A program made the translations under genes and the position numbers. The notes under the pieces were generated by a model that did not search any database, was not told the DNA's origin, and saw only the letters and a list, made by a program, of their open reading frames with translations. A stretch of DNA of 64,000 nucleotides, from contig NC_043017.1 in NCBI RefSeq assembly GCF_006345805.1, positions 32,302,001 to 32,366,000 on the forward strand, read 5' to 3'. The DNA comes from Octopus sinensis (Eukaryota). Shown in pieces: positions 13,560 through 25,314 of the stretch (position 1 is its first letter; the number at the start of each line of letters is the position of its first letter).

Positions 13560-13752
13560 CCCGGTTTTCGCGGTGCACCCGCCCTCCACCCCCACCACCC
13601 GTACAGGAAGTCCTAAATTTTTCTCACTTGTCTCCCTTATACACTCAAAGTCTTACGCCACCCCCACTCCTTCCGTAAAGGTAGTGGTCAGTCATTGCAA
13701 GATATGTTTAGTGTTGTATACGAGGTTTGAACTTAAGTTCCATTGTTTGTCT

Positions 13753-16700
13753 ATGAATACTGCCAAACGCGAGTTTTCTTTTCAGGTACATGACGCTATT
13801 AGGACCAATACCACTTCCACCCCCACCCACAGCCTCAGGGTTGGCACCCTCAACGTCGGCACACTGAAAGGCAGATCTGGCGAGATAGTTGAATTGCTTG
13901 AACGGAGGTGGGTTGATATATGCTGCATTCAAGAAGTGAGGTGGAGAGGAGGTTCTGCTAGGTTCCTCACAGGCAAAGGACAGAGGTACAAGATTTTCTG
14001 GGCTGGGAATACTGACGGAGTCGGGGGTGTGGGCATGCTTATCGCCGAAAAATGGGTAGATAAGGTAATCGAGGTAGTCAGAGTAAGTGACAGAATAATT
14101 AAGATTAGATTAGTGCTCCACCATAGTTTAGCAACTATTATATCGGCCTATGCCCCTCAGCCAGGGCTACCTGATGGACAGAAAGACTGTTTCTATGACA
14201 CCCTACTGCAGACCACATCATTGACGAACGACAGGGACCTTCTCTTTGTGGCTGGTGACTTCAATGGGCATGTTGGACGACGTGCTGGGGGCTTCCATGG
14301 CGTGCATGGAGGCTACGGTTATGGTTCCCGCAACGAGGAGGGAACCAGGCTGCTGGAGTTCTGCGATGCGAATAGTCTTATGATTTGCAACACTAACTTC
14401 AGGAAACCGACAAGCCACCTGGTCACCTACCGATCGGGCCGGCATACTAGCCAAATCGACTACATCCTTGCCAGAAAAAGGGAAAGATGGCTGCTTATAA
14501 ATGCCAAAACCTTCCCAGGTGAAGAATGCACCCCACAACATAGACTGGTAGTTAGTGACTTTAGGATCAGGACAAAGAGGGCGACTAGAAGACGACCAAC
14601 ATGGAGAAGAAGGGTCTGGAAGCTTAAAGACCCTGCGAATGGACAGAGATTTAGAGATATGTTATTTGAAGCCTTAGACGAAATGGAAGGGAGTATAGCT
14701 ACGCATGGGGTAGAAGACAACTGGACGCTTCTGAGGGACAACCTGCTGAAAGCCGCTGACCAGATCTGTGGCTGGTGCAAAGTCCCCTTAAGACCCAAAA
14801 TAACGTGGTGGTGGAACAATATTGTTGACAGGGCTATTAGACAAAAGAAACAGGCTTGGAAGGCCTGGAAGAACGGTGGTAGCGAGGGAAGTGTATCAGT
14901 CTGCCAGAAGGGAAGCCAGGAGACAGGTCTATCTAGCCAGAGGGGAGGCAGAGAAGGAAAAATTTGCCAATGTCCTGCGTCGTGAGGATGAAAGACTTGA
15001 GGTATTTCGTGTTGCAAGACAGTGTGTGAGAGAGAATCGTGACGTGGTAGGAGAGAAATGTGTTCGCAGGAGGATGGTTCACTTGCGTTTAATGAGGATG
15101 CAAAGAGAGAAGCTTGGAGACGCCACTATGAAAGGTTGCTGAATGAGAAAATGAATGGGATAAAGAGAGTCTGCCGAATGTCGACCCAACAGAGGGACCA
15201 GCAATCCGAGTTAACAGTTCCTTAGTAGATAAGGCAATTAGAAGCATGAAAACAGGGAAAGCCCCAGGCCCATCAGGAATTACTGCAGAGATGCTCAAAA
15301 TATCTGGTGGTGTCGGCTATAGCTTAGTCACCCGTATAGTTAACCAGGTGATACACGAGGGGGTCATACCCAATGACTGGTGTAGCAGCATAATAGTCAA
15401 CTGCTACAAAGGTAAAGGCGACGCCCTAGAGACAAATAACTACAGGGGCATCAAGCTGCTGGATCAGGTAATGAAGGTTACGGAGAGGGTTGTAGCCCAA
15501 CTAATTAGAGAGAGAGTTACCTTAGATGATATGCAGTTTGGGTTCGTGCCAGGGGGAAAAGTACTACTGATGCTATATTCCTGGTAAGACAGCTGCAGGA
15601 GAAATACCTAGCCAAAGATAAGCCCTTGTACTGGCTTTTGTTGACTTGGAGAAAGCCTTTGACAGGGTCCCCCGGTCCCTTATCTGGTGGTCAATGAGGA
15701 AACTAGGGATAGAAGAATGGTTGGTGAGAGCTGTTCAAGCCATGTACAGAGACGCTGCTAGTAAGGTGAGGGTGGGCAACGAGTACAGTGAAGAATTCCG
15801 GGTAGAGGTTGGGGTCCACCAAGGTTCAGTACTCAGTCCCCTCCTATTATCATAGTCCTCCAGGCAATAACGGAGGAATTCAAGACAGGTTGCCCCTGGG
15901 AGCTCCTCTATGCTGATGACCTTGCTCTAATTGCTGAGTCACTATCAGAACTGGAGGAGAAGTTTCAGGTGTGGAAACAAGGATTAGAATCGAAGGGCCT
16001 TAGAATCAACCTAGCCAAAACCAAAGTTCTAATAAGTAGGAAGGTAGATCAATCACAAACGCCTTCAGGTAGATGGCCCTGCTCGATCTGTAAAAAAGGT
16101 GTAGGTAGTAGAAACTCTATAAGATGCACCAAGTGTAAGCTATGGACACATAAGAGGTGCAGCAATGTCAAAGGAAGGCTAACTAGGAAAATAGTTTTTG
16201 TCTGTGGCAAATGCTCAGGAGCAATAAACACTGGAAATATGCAGAGACCACTTCTGCCACGTTCCAGGGAGACAAACTAGAAGTAGTTGATAGCTTCCGC
16301 TACCTAGGAGACCAAGTCAGTAGCGGGGGTGGGTGTGCTGAAAGTGTAACTGCTAGAGTAAGAATAGCCTGGGCAAAGTTTAGAGAGCTCTTACCCCTGC
16401 TGGTGACAAAAGGCCTCTCGCTCAGAGTAAAAGGCAGACTGTATGATGCATGTGTACGTACAGCCATGCTACATGGTAGTGAAACATGGGCCGTGACTGC
16501 TGAGGATATGCGTAAGCTCGCAAGAAATGAAGCCAGTATGCTCCGATGGATGTGTAATGTCAGTGTTCATAATCGTCAGAGTGTAAGTTCCTTGAGAGAA
16601 AAGTTGAACCTAAGAAGCGTCAGTTGTGGCGTGCAAGAGAGACGGCTGCGCTGGTATGGTCATGTGACAAGAAAGGCTGAAGATAGTTGTGTGCAAAAGT

Positions 16701-16864
16701 GCTACACCCTAGCAGTGGAGGGAACCTGTGGAAGAGGTAGACCCAGGAAAACCTGGGACGAGGTGGTGAAGCACGACCTTCGAACTTTAGGTCTCACTAA
16801 GGAAATGTCTAGAGACCGAGACCTATGGAAGTATGCTGTGCATGAGAAGACCCGGCAAGACTAG
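13753..16864 (+). pseudogene. RTE ORF: APE-type endonuclease, reverse transcriptase and PHD-like zinc finger; broken by about 7 small indels
   Basis: EN motifs GTLNVGTL, ICCIQEVRW, VAGDFNGHVG, SQIDYIL, QHRLVV. RT motifs KAPGPSGI, NYRGIKLL, QFGFVPG, DLEKAFDRVP, GVHQGSVLSP, LYADD (about 15906-15920), YLGD, LHGSETW, GRGRPRKTW. Segments lie in successive frames with no nonsense substitutions seen. Confidence 0.9.
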
Positions 16865-16896
16865 TCAGGCCATAACCCGTGGCCCCGACCGGGGAC

Positions 16897-18545
16897 GTAG
16901 TCAGTCCTGTGCATACCTCCTTCTTGTGACACTTATGAAGACCTGTTGAGGCAAGTGAAAATCAAATCAAATCAAAACAAATCAAAATAGATGAACATCA
17001 GTGGAATTGTATTCTTCGTGGTACCAGTGCCGGTGGCACACAAGAAAACCACCCAAACGTGGCCGTAACCAGTACCGCATCGACTGGCCTCCGTGCTGTG
17101 GGCACAACACACACCATCCGATCGTGGCCGTTCGCCAGCCTCATCTGGCACCTGTGCCGGTGGCACATAAAGACACCATCCGAAGACCCGGCGACGTAGT
17201 CAGTCCACCTGTGCATACCTTCCCTCTTATGACACTTGTGAAGACCTGTTGAGGCAGAGGCAAGTGTGTGACACTTGTGGAGACCTGTTGAGGCAAGTGT
17301 GTGACCCTTGTGAAGACCTGTTGAGGCAAGTGAAAATCAAACCAAATCAAAATAGATGAATATCAATGGAATTTGTATCTTTGTGGTTCCAGTACCGGTG
17401 GCACACAAGAAAACCATCCGAACGTGGCCGTCGACTGGCCTCCGTGCTGTGGGCACAACAAACACCATCTGATCGTGGCCGTTCGCCAGCCTCACCTGGC
17501 ACCTGTGTCGGTGGCACATAAAAAAACCACCACCATCCAAAGACCCGGCGACGTAGTCAGTCCACCTGTGCTTACCTTCCCTCTTATGACACTTGTGAAG
17601 ACCTGTTGAGGCAGAGGCAAGTGTGTGACACTTTGTGAAGACCTGTTGAGGCAGAGGCAAGTGTGTGACACTTGTGGAGACCTGTTGAGGCAAGTGTGTG
17701 ACACGCGTGACACTTGTGAAGAACTGTTGAGGCAAGTGAAATCAAACCAAATCAAAATAGATGAACATCAATGGAATTTGTATCTTTGTGGTTCCAGTAC
17801 CGGTGGCACACAAGAAAACCATCCGATCGTGGCCGTTCGCCAGCCACATCTGGCACCTGTGTCGGTGGCACATAAAGACACCATCCGAAGACCCGGCGAC
17901 GACGTAGACAGTCCACTATGCATACCTTCCTTCTTGTGACACTTGTGAAGACCTGTTGAGGCAAGTGAAATCAAACCAAATCAAAATAGATGAACATCAA
18001 TGGAATTTGTATCTTTGTGGTTCCAGTACCGGTGGCACACAAGAAAACCATCCGATCGTGGCCGTTCGCCAGCCACATCTGGCACCTGTGTCGGTGGCAC
18101 ATAAAGACACATCCGAAGACCCGGCGACGTAGACAGTCCACCTATGCATACCTTCCTTCTGTGACACTTGTGAGACCTGTTGAGGCAAGTGAAAATCAAA
18201 TCAAATCAAATCAAATCAAATCAAAACAAATCAAAATAGATGAACATAAATGGAATTTGTATCTTTGTGGTACCAGTGCCGGTGGCACACAAGAAAATCA
18301 TCCGAACGTGGCCGTAGCCAGTACCGCATAGACTGGCCTCCGTGCTTTGGGGACGTAACAAACACCATCCGATCGTGGCCGTCCGCCAGCCTCATCTGGC
18401 ACCTGTGTCGGTGGCACATAAAAACACCATCCGAGCGTGGCCGTCTGCCAGCCTCGTCTGGCACCTGTGTCGGTGGCACAAAAAAAAACACCATCCGAGC
18501 GTGGCCGTTCGCCAGCCTCGTCTGGCACCTGTGTCGGTGGCACAT
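16897..18545 (+). repeat. Tandemly reiterated 3'UTR blocks of the RTE LINE (about 5 units of 220-360 bp with nested sub-repeats)
   Basis: gtag(t/a)cagtcc...gcatacc restarts at about 16897, 17197, 17553, 17905 and 18128. Nested repeats gacctgttgaggcaagtg, (aaatc)n and ctggcacctgtgtcggtggcac. Confidence 0.85.
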
Positions 18546-19144
18546 AAAATCACCCACTACACTCTCGGAGTGGTTGGCGTTAGGAAGGGCATCCAGCTGT
18601 AGAAACACTGCCAGATCTGACTGGCCTGGTGCAGCCTTCGGGCTCCCCAGACCCCAGTTGAACCGTCCAACCCATGCTAGCATGGAAAACGGACGCTAAA
18701 TGATGATGATGATGATGATGTATCTATGTATACACACACACACACACACACGTGTAGGTCTGTAATTATTAGGAAACTGGAAATGTAAAACAGGACCATA
18801 TGAATGACAAGAGATGTTGATACTCCTACAGAAACACACACACACACACACACATGTACACACATTCACCATCGTACAGAGCAGTACATTCACGCATTCC
18901 ATTCTAATTACATTTACTCGCAAACACATGGCTTATGGAACAGAAATGCCAGACTAGAAAATTACAAGATTACAATGTGGGAAGTCAGATTTGTTATAGA
19001 ATAAGTACATACTAGCATGAAGTGAGTGTATGAGGGTCATACTAAATGATTAATTCAGTTTAGCTAATTGACTATTTATAGAAACAGACCATAAACAGTG
19101 AATGTCTTATTTACAGAATTACTATATAATTCATATATACATAC

Positions 19145-19750
19145 ATAGGCGCAGGAGTGGCTGTGTGGTAAGTAGCTTGCTAACCAGCCACATGGTTCTG
19201 GGTTCAGTCCCACTGTGTGGCATCTTGGCCAAGTGTCTTCTGCTATAGCCTCGGGCCAACCAAAGCCTTGTGAGTGGATTTGGTAGATGGAAACTGAAAG
19301 AAGCCTGTCATATATGTATATATACATACATAGGCGCAGGAGTGGCTGTGTGGTAAGTAGCTTGCTAACCAGCCACATGGTTCTGGGTTCAGTCCCACTG
19401 TGTGGCATCTTGGGCAAGTGTCTTCTGCTATAGCCTCGGGCCAACCAATGCCTTGTGAGTGGATTTGTTAGACGGAAACTGAAAAGAAGCCTGTCGTATA
19501 TATATGTATATATATATATATATGTATGTGTGTGTATATGTTTGTGTCTCTGTGTTTGTCCCTCTAGCATTGCTTGACAACCGATGCTGGTGTGTTTACG
19601 TCCCTGTCACTTAGCAGTTCGGCAAAAGAGACCAATAGAATAAGTACTGGGCTTACAAAGAATAAGTCCCGTGGTCGATTTGCTTGATTAAAGGCGGTGC
19701 TCCAGTATGGCCGCAGTCAAATGACTGAAACAAGTAAAAGAGTAAAGAGT
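19145..19750 (+). mobile_element. Two head-to-tail SINE family A copies (5' half, then full copy)
   Basis: ataggcgcaggagtgg at 19145 and 19330; 3' tail gactgaaacaagtaaaagagt. Confidence 0.85.
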
Positions 19751-19764
19751 ACATACATGGTAGC

Positions 19765-20190
19765 TGCCCCCTCGTTATCGAGTATGGCCATTGCATGAAG
19801 CTTAATCAATGTTGTTATCGTGCAATGCCTGTGCAAGAAGATTTTTTTTAAAGTTAGGAAAAGCTGTGCACTGAGTCAATCCCACTCACTAAGCAACAGC
19901 AGCCATAATCCAAAAAGAAGAACAAGTCAACATCATCGGTAACCACTGAGCAGCAGGCTTTATGTCGGAGTTATCCCAGTTACCTGAGTTACCTTCTCCT
20001 AGAAGGATGCCCTAACAAAGGCTAGGAGTCCTTCATTCCCAATGATTTAACCACGCGATCTGGTATTCAGTCCGATTATTTCTATGTCCCCTTGTATGAT
20101 ACAGCCTTAAGACATTTATTGGATGGCCGTTGACTCTCAAGAGTTCCTCCGCCCTTTGACGGGTTTTGTTTTTCATCCCGCAGGGTGTCC
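19765..20190 (-). repeat. Interspersed repeat resembling an RTE-type 5' region
   Basis: Minus strand has tagcctttgttagggcatccttctaggagaaggtaactc, similar to a motif I recall from RTE 5' regions. Partial second copy at about 22330-22382. Confidence 0.35.
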
Positions 20191-20216
20191 AATAAACATA
20201 CATACATACATACGTA

Positions 20217-20379
20217 CATCATCATCATCATCATCATCATCGTTTAACGCCCGTTCGCCATGCTAGCATGGGTTGGACTGTTCGACTGAGGATCTGGGAA
20301 GCCATAAGGCTGCACCAGGCTCCAGTCTGATCTGGCAGTGTTTCTATAGTTGGATGCCTTTCCTAACGCCAACCACTCC
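20217..20379 (-). mobile_element. RTE 3'-terminal fragment with (CAT)n tail
   Basis: Reverse complement of the 18570-18720 terminus. Confidence 0.8.
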
Positions 20380-20799
20380 ATACATACATACATGCATACA
20401 TATATATTTTGAAATTAGCTATTTCATATTTAAATATGAAAATTAAATTTATTAGGTTTTTATTATATGTGCATATGTATTTATTTACAGAGATTATTTT
20501 AGATCTTAATTATAATATCTATATACATTTATATATTTTCATTGATAATATATATATATTAGTCATTTTAAATATTTATGTAATTAGATATAGACTAATA
20601 TTGATATTAGATTATGGGTGGGTTTCCTACCTTATAAATTAAAATTAATATTTAACATTATAGTCGTTTTTGATATAATCATAATTGTTAAGTTCTATGT
20701 TTCTAGTTTGATAATAGAGTTTATTATAAGTAAAATTATCATATTATTTATATCTTTAAAATATTGTTTTAAATATTTCTGATTATATTTTAGATATTT

Positions 20800-20875
20800 C
20801 AATCACCTGAAGATTGACTGTAACCATAACTCGAATTATTACGAATTGGAGAGCCATGAAACGATTGTAGTATTT
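20800..20875 (+). ncRNA. Degenerate type I hammerhead motif (PLE-type)
   Basis: cac-CUGAAGA-uugacu...agccau-GAAAC-gauu-GUA-gu. Core intact, stems I and II partly eroded. Confidence 0.4.
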
Positions 20876-21030
20876 TACTCATTATCTTTTATTAAACTTT
20901 TAATAATTTTGATATATATTTAAAACAATATAAATTAATTAATTTTATGTATTGGCTTAAGTTTTTCATTGTTTGATTTGCCTAATAATGGTTTTATCTC
21001 TAATTTGATATAATATATATATATATATAT

Positions 21031-21215
21031 ACTAGCAGCTAAGCCCGGTTTCACCCATTCTGTTTGGATGATGTGGCTATGATCGTTTTTAGTTAGGCAT
21101 AATCTATATCAGCGTTTGTCAACCTAATCATTTCAGGTCTCCTGTTTCGATTGGAGCCTCCAGCTATATGAAAGTTTTCTGATCCCACCCTGTCAGAAAA
21201 CAGCTTCTGAGCAAC
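21031..21215 (+). mobile_element. Helentron-associated (HINE/DINE-like) element family B, 5' part
   Basis: actagcagctaagcccggtttcacc start after (TA)n; homologous inverted copy at 43935-44089. Confidence 0.45.
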
Positions 21216-21318
21216 TGGTTGTTTTAATGGCAGAAGAAAGAGAGGAATTCCATTAGCAAAAGTTTTAATCGATTTTCTCAGTAAGTATGGGGGTTAGGAA
21301 AAAAATACAAACTACATT

Positions 21319-21445
21319 CAACATGGTTCCAGGTTCAGTCCCACTGTGTGGCACCTTGGGCAAGTGTCTTCTACTATAGCCTCAGGCCAACTAAAGACTT
21401 GTGAGTGGATTTAGTTGACAGAAACTGAAAGAAGCCCGTCGTATA
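21319..21445 (+). mobile_element. SINE family A fragment
   Basis: catggttccaggttcagtcccactgtgtggcaccttgggcaag...gaagcccgtcg. Confidence 0.8.
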
Positions 21446-21450
21446 TATGT

Positions 21451-21481
<31 letters not shown>

Positions 21482-21929
21482 AAATGAGATAGGGGTTGTA
21501 AATTCAACCCTCCCTATTTAAAAGTATAGGCCAATCGAATGCATCTGTGAAAATTAATACCATGCAAACAGAGGAATTTAACTGATTGCATATATATGCA
21601 GGTATCTACTTGCCTTGGATGGTACTATGGTGGTGGTATTAACTTTATTGGCTTTTTGTGAAGTGACACATTTTAATATATTGAACTGTTTAATATATAT
21701 GCCTGCATTGAGTGTGAGTGTGTCTGTTGTGGTTTCTTGATGTTGGTTGAGGAGCTGTGGCGTTCAATATGGAACATTATTGTGTTTGTTGATGTATATT
21801 GATTTATATTGTTTATATTGTATTATTGTGTATATATATATATATATATGTAAGAATATGAGTATGTATGCACTCATATTTATATTTATATGTAAATTAT
21901 TTTAGGGTTTGTACTCATACTTGCATTAG

Positions 21930-22044
21930 AATCTCCGAAGAGGCCGTAAGATATTCTTGTTAATGTCTCATTTATACCTGCATTATATGGCTAATAGGTT
22001 AAATGAGACATACCTATCTTCATGGCCGAAACAGCTGTCAGTTA
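21930..22044 (+). ncRNA. Type I hammerhead motif with long stem II (PLE-type), one core change (U4C)
   Basis: ct-CCGAAGA-ggcc...[aagata/tatctt; tgtctcattta/taaatgagaca]...ggcc-GAAAC-AGCU-GUC-ag, with a palindromic stem III loop. Confidence 0.65.
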
Positions 22045-22230
22045 TAATGTAAATGTATTTTTATATCTTGTTATATTTATTTAGTTATATCTCACCATAT
22101 GGATTGTAATTATTGTACTGTATTAATGTCCAATCTCATTGCTATTGTGTAGTGTTTTAATAAAGTATATGATTCGGTATTATCTGATAGTTGATGATTG
22201 ATTTAGATATATTTCTCCATTTTCTCATTT

Positions 22231-22275
<45 letters not shown>

Positions 22276-22389
22276 CAAGACATTGTAGATCTTTAGCTGG
22301 GCTAAAAAGTCACATTCGATCACAGCATCAGTAACAGTTAAGCTTCATGCAATGGCCATACTCGATAACGAGGGGGCAGCCATAGTAAC

Positions 22390-22409
<20 letters not shown>

Positions 22410-22421
<12 letters not shown>

Positions 22422-22645
22422 ATATGCTTGTGTGTCTGTGTTTGTCCTCCCAACATCGCTTAACAACCGATGCTGGTGTGTTTACGTCCCTGTAACTTAG
22501 CGGTTCGGCAAAACAGTCCGATAGAAAAAGTACTAGGCTTACAAAGAATAAGTTCTGGGGTCAATTTGCTCGACCAAAGGCAGTGCTCCAGCATGGCCAC
22601 AGTCACATGACTGAAACAATTAAAAGAGTAAAAGAGTAAAAAGAG
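22410..22645 (+). mobile_element. SINE family A, 3' half
   Basis: tgtttgtcctcccaacatcgc...ccagcatggcc...gactgaaacaattaaaagagt. Confidence 0.8.
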
Positions 22646-23028
22646 AATACACACACATATATACACACGTGCACGTGCACACACACACACACACACACAC
22701 ATTTACATATACATGTTCTTTTACTCTTTTACTTCTTTCTCAGTTGAAGCATTATCTCGCCCTGAAATAACCCAAGATTCTGGGAATCAATTCTGGGAAT
22801 TATTAGAGTTAATGAATATTTTGACAGAAACGTATAATAAATGATTCTGAAGATAAAATCTTCTGTATTGTTAATAGTGCTAAATAAAATTAAGCCCAAA
22901 TAAAATAACATTAGCCCAAGGTTCAGTGACCAGATTAACAGACGCAGGAACGAAGGCGATTTTCAGGCAAGGTTTGAAATGTTAGGCTGGCGGTGAAGTA
23001 TCTGCATTGCAACTCTTAAATATTATAG

Positions 23029-23426
23029 ACTAGCAGTATCGCCCGGCGTTGCTCGGGTTTGTAAGGGAAATAACTATATAAGCATTTTTAGAGAGTTATA
23101 GCCAAAAAATAGCAAAAGATGCATTAAAAATGGAAAAAAATGATGGTAAAATTTTTTTTAAATCGGTGACTCATCGTAGACATTTTTAGAGAGTTACTTC
23201 CTTATATAATAGCGAAAAAAATGCATTAAAATGGAAAAAAATTATGGTAAATATATTTTTAAATCGTAGACTCATCGTAGATGCGCGCTAATACCCAGAA
23301 GGGCTCGATATGAATCACGACTATAAGATACCCGGTTTTGGTTAAACTGCACCGCAAAATGTGGGTGTAGTTAGGAATCTAAATCGTAGGAGACAGACAC
23401 ACAACTTCACTTTTATATATAAAGAT
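23029..23426 (+). mobile_element. Helentron-associated (HINE/DINE-like) element family A
   Basis: 5' actagcagtatcgcccggcgttgctcggg (cccg/cggg hairpin), internal duplication, 3' ...gacagacac...tttatatataaagat. Near-identical inverted copy at 62393-62792. Confidence 0.6.
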
Positions 23427-23719
23427 ATACAGGCAACATAATTTTCAAGAATATAATTATCTCTCGAAATATAAATTTAAATATGTTGTTATTTTTGTAG
23501 TTATTGAATTTGTGTCATCCTTAAATCACGAAATTTATGAAAATATAGCGACATTCTTAAATCACAAAATATATATAAAAATGAAGTGACATTCTTAAAT
23601 TATTGAATATAAAAGGGTGAAGTGTAGAAAGAAGAAGAAGAAGAAGAAAAAAAGGGAAGAAGGAAAGCTTTTAAAATCTATCAAAATATTACCTGTACTG
23701 AATAATAGTAGAAAACATC

Positions 23720-23941
23720 AATTATATATATATATAAATAAATAAATATATATATATATATAAATAAATAAATATATATATACTATATATATATATACAT
23801 ATATATATATACATAATATATATGTATATATATATATATATATAAATAAATAAATATATATATAAATAAATATGTATATATATATATCAAAATACACATA
23901 CATATATTAAGCATATATGCATATATAAACAAATATATATG

Positions 23942-23985
<44 letters not shown>

Positions 23986-25008
23986 TATTAGAGACAAAAC
24001 CACTATTTTGCAAAACAAACAAGGAAAGACTTAATCAATACATATACACACACACACACACACATATATACATACAAATACATTATATATATATACATAT
24101 AGATTTATATATATATATGTATACACACACACAAACACAAACACATATACATAAAAGAAAACTAAATAACAAAGGACATAAAAGTAAATCAAATAAATAA
24201 AAAGGGGAAAAACATCAAAAATAAGATATAAAAATCTCTAATAAATCTAACTAAATGGGGCTTTTTTAAAGCATTTTTATGCTATATATTCAGTGCAAAA
24301 TGAAATGGGAATCCCTTATTTCATTACAAGCTATTTATGGCCATTAAGATAATTGACTAACTAAAGTTCAGATTCTGAAACCTGAACAGAACTACCAAAA
24401 CAACGACAAGAATAACAACAAGGAAAGGTTTTGGTAGAAAAGAAGCCCCACCTGTACATATACAGGTACGTACTCTTACAAACGTACATACACATACACT
24501 CACAAACACACACATACACATGCACTCTCAAATACACATACACACACACACGCGCACACACTCACAAACACACACGCACTGATTCTTAAATGCACATACA
24601 CACACACACATGCATACACACACACGCACACACACACATTCACAAACACATACACATGGATTTTCAAATGCACATACACACACTCACAAACACAGACATG
24701 CACACATGCACACACACACACGCACTAACAAACACAAACACACACACAAATACACACACATGGATTCTCAAATACACATACACACACTCACAAATACAAA
24801 CACACACATGCACACACATACACACACATGGAATCACAAACACACACACATTCACAAATGCACACACATTAACAAACACACAGATACACTCAGAAACACA
24901 TACATACGCACACATGGACTCACAAACAAACTAACACACATACTCACATAACTCACAAACACACACACACACACACACACTCACAAACACACATACACAC
25001 ACTCACAA

Positions 25009-25039
<31 letters not shown>

Positions 25040-25205
25040 AACACACACACACACACTCACAAACACACATACACACACTCATAAATGCACTCGCAAAACA
25101 TACATGCACTCACAAATACATATACACACACACTCACAAACACATACACATACTCAGAAACACATACACACGCACTCACAAACACACACACACTTACACA
25201 TTCAT
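23720..25205. repeat. (TA)n and complex (CA)n-rich low-complexity tracts
   Basis: Direct inspection: TA-rich at 23720-23980, CA-rich at 24470-25205. Confidence 0.85.
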
Positions 25206-25314
25206 CAAAGTGGATACCAAATTACTTCTCATCAAAGACTCACCTGATGCAAGGTGGTAGACAGGTATTGTAAATCATAACAAGCTGATCTGTTCATTTA
25301 TCTTTTCACCTGTC

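Larger units (their letters stand above)
13560..18720 (+). mobile_element. RTE-clade LINE, apparently full length
   Basis: Short C-rich 5' region, single EN-RT frame, 3'UTR ending ...gcatggaaaacggacgctaaa(tga)n. A short-tandem-repeat tail is typical of RTE. Confidence 0.93.

Noticed and set aside
13560-13700. HDV-like ribozyme expected at the 5' end of some RTE LINEs
   Set aside because: I could not build the nested double pseudoknot by eye; a descriptor search would be needed.
16930-18200. CRISPR-like or hammerhead-like reading of the repeated cctgttgaggcaagtgaaa
   Set aside because: The spacers are themselves repeated, the context is a eukaryotic LINE UTR, and stems I-III cannot form.
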